The notes beneath the pieces are model-generated. The model saw nothing but the letters and a program-made list of their open reading frames with translations, made no database searches and was not told the origin of the DNA. From the NCBI GenBank assembly GCA_017557285.1, contig JAFZAK010000133.1, forward strand, positions 1 to 59,662: DNA of 59,662 nucleotides. Reading direction: 5' to 3'. The position numbers and the translations under genes are program-made. Positions 58,156 through 59,662 of the stretch are shown piece by piece (positions within the stretch are counted from its first letter, which is position 1; each line of letters opens with the position of its first letter). This DNA is from Muribaculaceae bacterium. Lineage in GTDB: Bacteria; Bacteroidota; Bacteroidia; Bacteroidales; Muribaculaceae.

Positions 58156-58890
58156 ATGGAAAACGGAATGAGATTCTGTCAGAGTTGCGGAATGCCACTG
58201 ACTGACGATGTACTTGGCACAAATGCTGATGGTAGTAAGAACGAAGATTATTGCATGTACTGCTATAGCAACGGTAAGTTTTTGCAGGAATGCACGATGG
58301 ACGAGATGATTGAACATTGTGCCCAGTTCATAGGTGCAGTGAACGAGGGCTTGCCCAATCCGATTACAAAAGAGGAGTATATCGGACAGATGAAGATGTA
58401 CTTTCCACAACTGAAGCGTTGGCGTAAGGCACTTACAGTTAGCGATGATGAAGCCATGAAGGTCAATCCTGCTTTGGCAGGGGTTAAAGAACTTATCGCG
58501 CAGATGTGCGACTCGTTACCCATTGCCTATATCTCATCGGTAGATAACGAGGGTTATCCTTGCACCAAGGCCATGTTGGCACCTCCTAAACGTGAGGGCA
58601 TCAAGACGTTCTATTTCTCCACAAACACCTTCTCGCTGCGAGTGGCTCACTACAAGGCTAATCCCAAGGCCAGCATCTATTTCTGCGATGAAAAAGGTTT
58701 CAAAGGTATGATGCTTCGTGGCACAATGGAAGTTTTGACAGATGCCAAGAGCAAGGAGATGATTTGGCGTGAGGGAGACGAGCAATACTACCCTGAGGGC
58801 GTGACCGATCCCAACTATTGCGTTCTGAAGTTCACAGCTACCGATGGCCGTTTCTATAGCGATTTTTATCCACGTAGTTTCGTTCTTTAA
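58156..58890 (+). CDS. Zinc-ribbon + pyridoxamine-5'-phosphate-oxidase-like (split-barrel) fusion protein
   Basis: CQSCGMPL...YCMYCY N-domain; ISSVD.EGYP, YFSTN, NPKASIYF and DPNYCVLKF C-domain. Confidence 0.8.
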   Translation: MENGMRFCQSCGMPLTDDVLGTNADGSKNEDYCMYCYSNGKFLQECTMDEMIEHCAQFIGAVNEGLPNPITKEEYIGQMKMYFPQLKRWRKALTVSDDEAMKVNPALAGVKELIAQMCDSLPIAYISSVDNEGYPCTKAMLAPPKREGIKTFYFSTNTFSLRVAHYKANPKASIYFCDEKGFKGMMLRGTMEVLTDAKSKEMIWREGDEQYYPEGVTDPNYCVLKFTATDGRFYSDFYPRSFVL

Positions 58891-58975
58891 AGTATTATTC
58901 CTATAACCAGAAATAGACTCGAAAAGACATCCAGTCACCTGATTATCAATATGGTACGATGGTGCAGATAGAACA

Positions 58976-59395
58976 ATGAAAAGATTAAGACTCGGAGCAA
59001 TTCTCCACTTTATCATAGCTATTGGCCATCTCGGCTGTCTCTTTGCTTTAGATAAGGCCTTCGACGCTTACGGCATCAAAGACGTGATGCATAATATGGT
59101 GTTTGGTCACGATTGGATACTTTATGCCCTGACCATCTGCCTCGCTTTAGCCTTCGCCTTAGCTGGGCTCTATGCCCTCTCGGCCACAGGTGACATCCGA
59201 AGGCTCCCGTTGACTCGAACAGCCATTATTGTTATCATTGTGCTCTACAGCCTACGTGCTTTGGTGGGAGGTTGGGCATGTGTGGAGAATTTCAATTGGC
59301 TGCAATTTATTTCATCCGTCATTCCGGCCTTTATCGCGTGGTGCTATTATCCTGGTTTAAAAAATTATCGTCATGGAAATATCAAATTGGTTTAA
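58976..59395 (+). CDS. Hypothetical membrane protein
   Basis: About four TM segments; YALSATG..RRLPL motif. Confidence 0.7.
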   Translation: MKRLRLGAILHFIIAIGHLGCLFALDKAFDAYGIKDVMHNMVFGHDWILYALTICLALAFALAGLYALSATGDIRRLPLTRTAIIVIIVLYSLRALVGGWACVENFNWLQFISSVIPAFIAWCYYPGLKNYRHGNIKLV

Positions 59396-59662
59396 GGGTT
59401 TCGAGAAAGGTATAGCACGGCTCTCTCCAGAGGAGCGGTCTGCATTCTTCTCGGAATGTGGGAAAAACTGTGTAAATGGCGGCACACTTTCTGTTTACAA
59501 GAAACTCTATGAGGATGCCAAAGGGGACATGGATGTGTTCTTTCAGATAGCTAATGATTTGCCAGGAGTAAAAGGTGAGGTTGTTGAGAAAGGTCATGTT
59601 TATCGACTTATCTTCTTAAAATGCACCTGCGAGTTGTGTAAAAAGGGATATGTCACTACGCC
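59373..59662 (+). CDS. Cys-motif hypothetical protein, partial (runs off the window)
   Basis: Open frame MEISNWFKGFEKG...ECGKNC...KCTCELC not in the ORF track because no stop lies in the window. Confidence 0.7.
   Translation, partial: MEISNWFKGFEKGIARLSPEERSAFFSECGKNCVNGGTLSVYKKLYEDAKGDMDVFFQIANDLPGVKGEVVEKGHVYRLIFLKCTCELCKKGYVTT

Overview
Chromosomal segment of a Bacteroidales bacterium, inferred from TAnnTTTG promoter boxes, a WbqC-lepB pair, GH97, a T9SS-like C-terminus and a dockerin-like C-terminus. It carries five tRNA genes (Leu-CAA, Ala-GGC, Tyr-GTA, Phe-GAA, Ser-GGA) and housekeeping genes (recF, dciA-like, polA, serS, adk, hpt, nnr, pepD, lepB, pgeF, mnmE). Two small metabolic units lie between tRNAs: DASS transporter + ScpB-type methylmalonyl-CoA decarboxylase, and OTCase + carbamate kinase + glycerate kinase with no deiminase. 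No CRISPR array, prophage, integrase or transposase was seen. The most unusual signal is non-coding: several short repeat families each occupy a specific functional niche. (i) A four-heptamer array sits exactly 6 nt (after a CT) upstream of the -7 box of three tRNA promoters. (ii) An ~85-bp element carries a complete -33/-7 promoter, occurs at four loci and is tandemly duplicated once. (iii) A C/G-rich palindromic family sits at gene 3' ends, supplies the stop codons of two genes, and is translated in frame inside polA and wbqC from opposite strands. (iv) A tRNA-Ser-derived repeat follows its tRNA. In addition, the 5' end of serS is duplicated with mostly synonymous divergence around an AT-rich islet. 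All product calls come from recognising motifs by eye, not from database searches.
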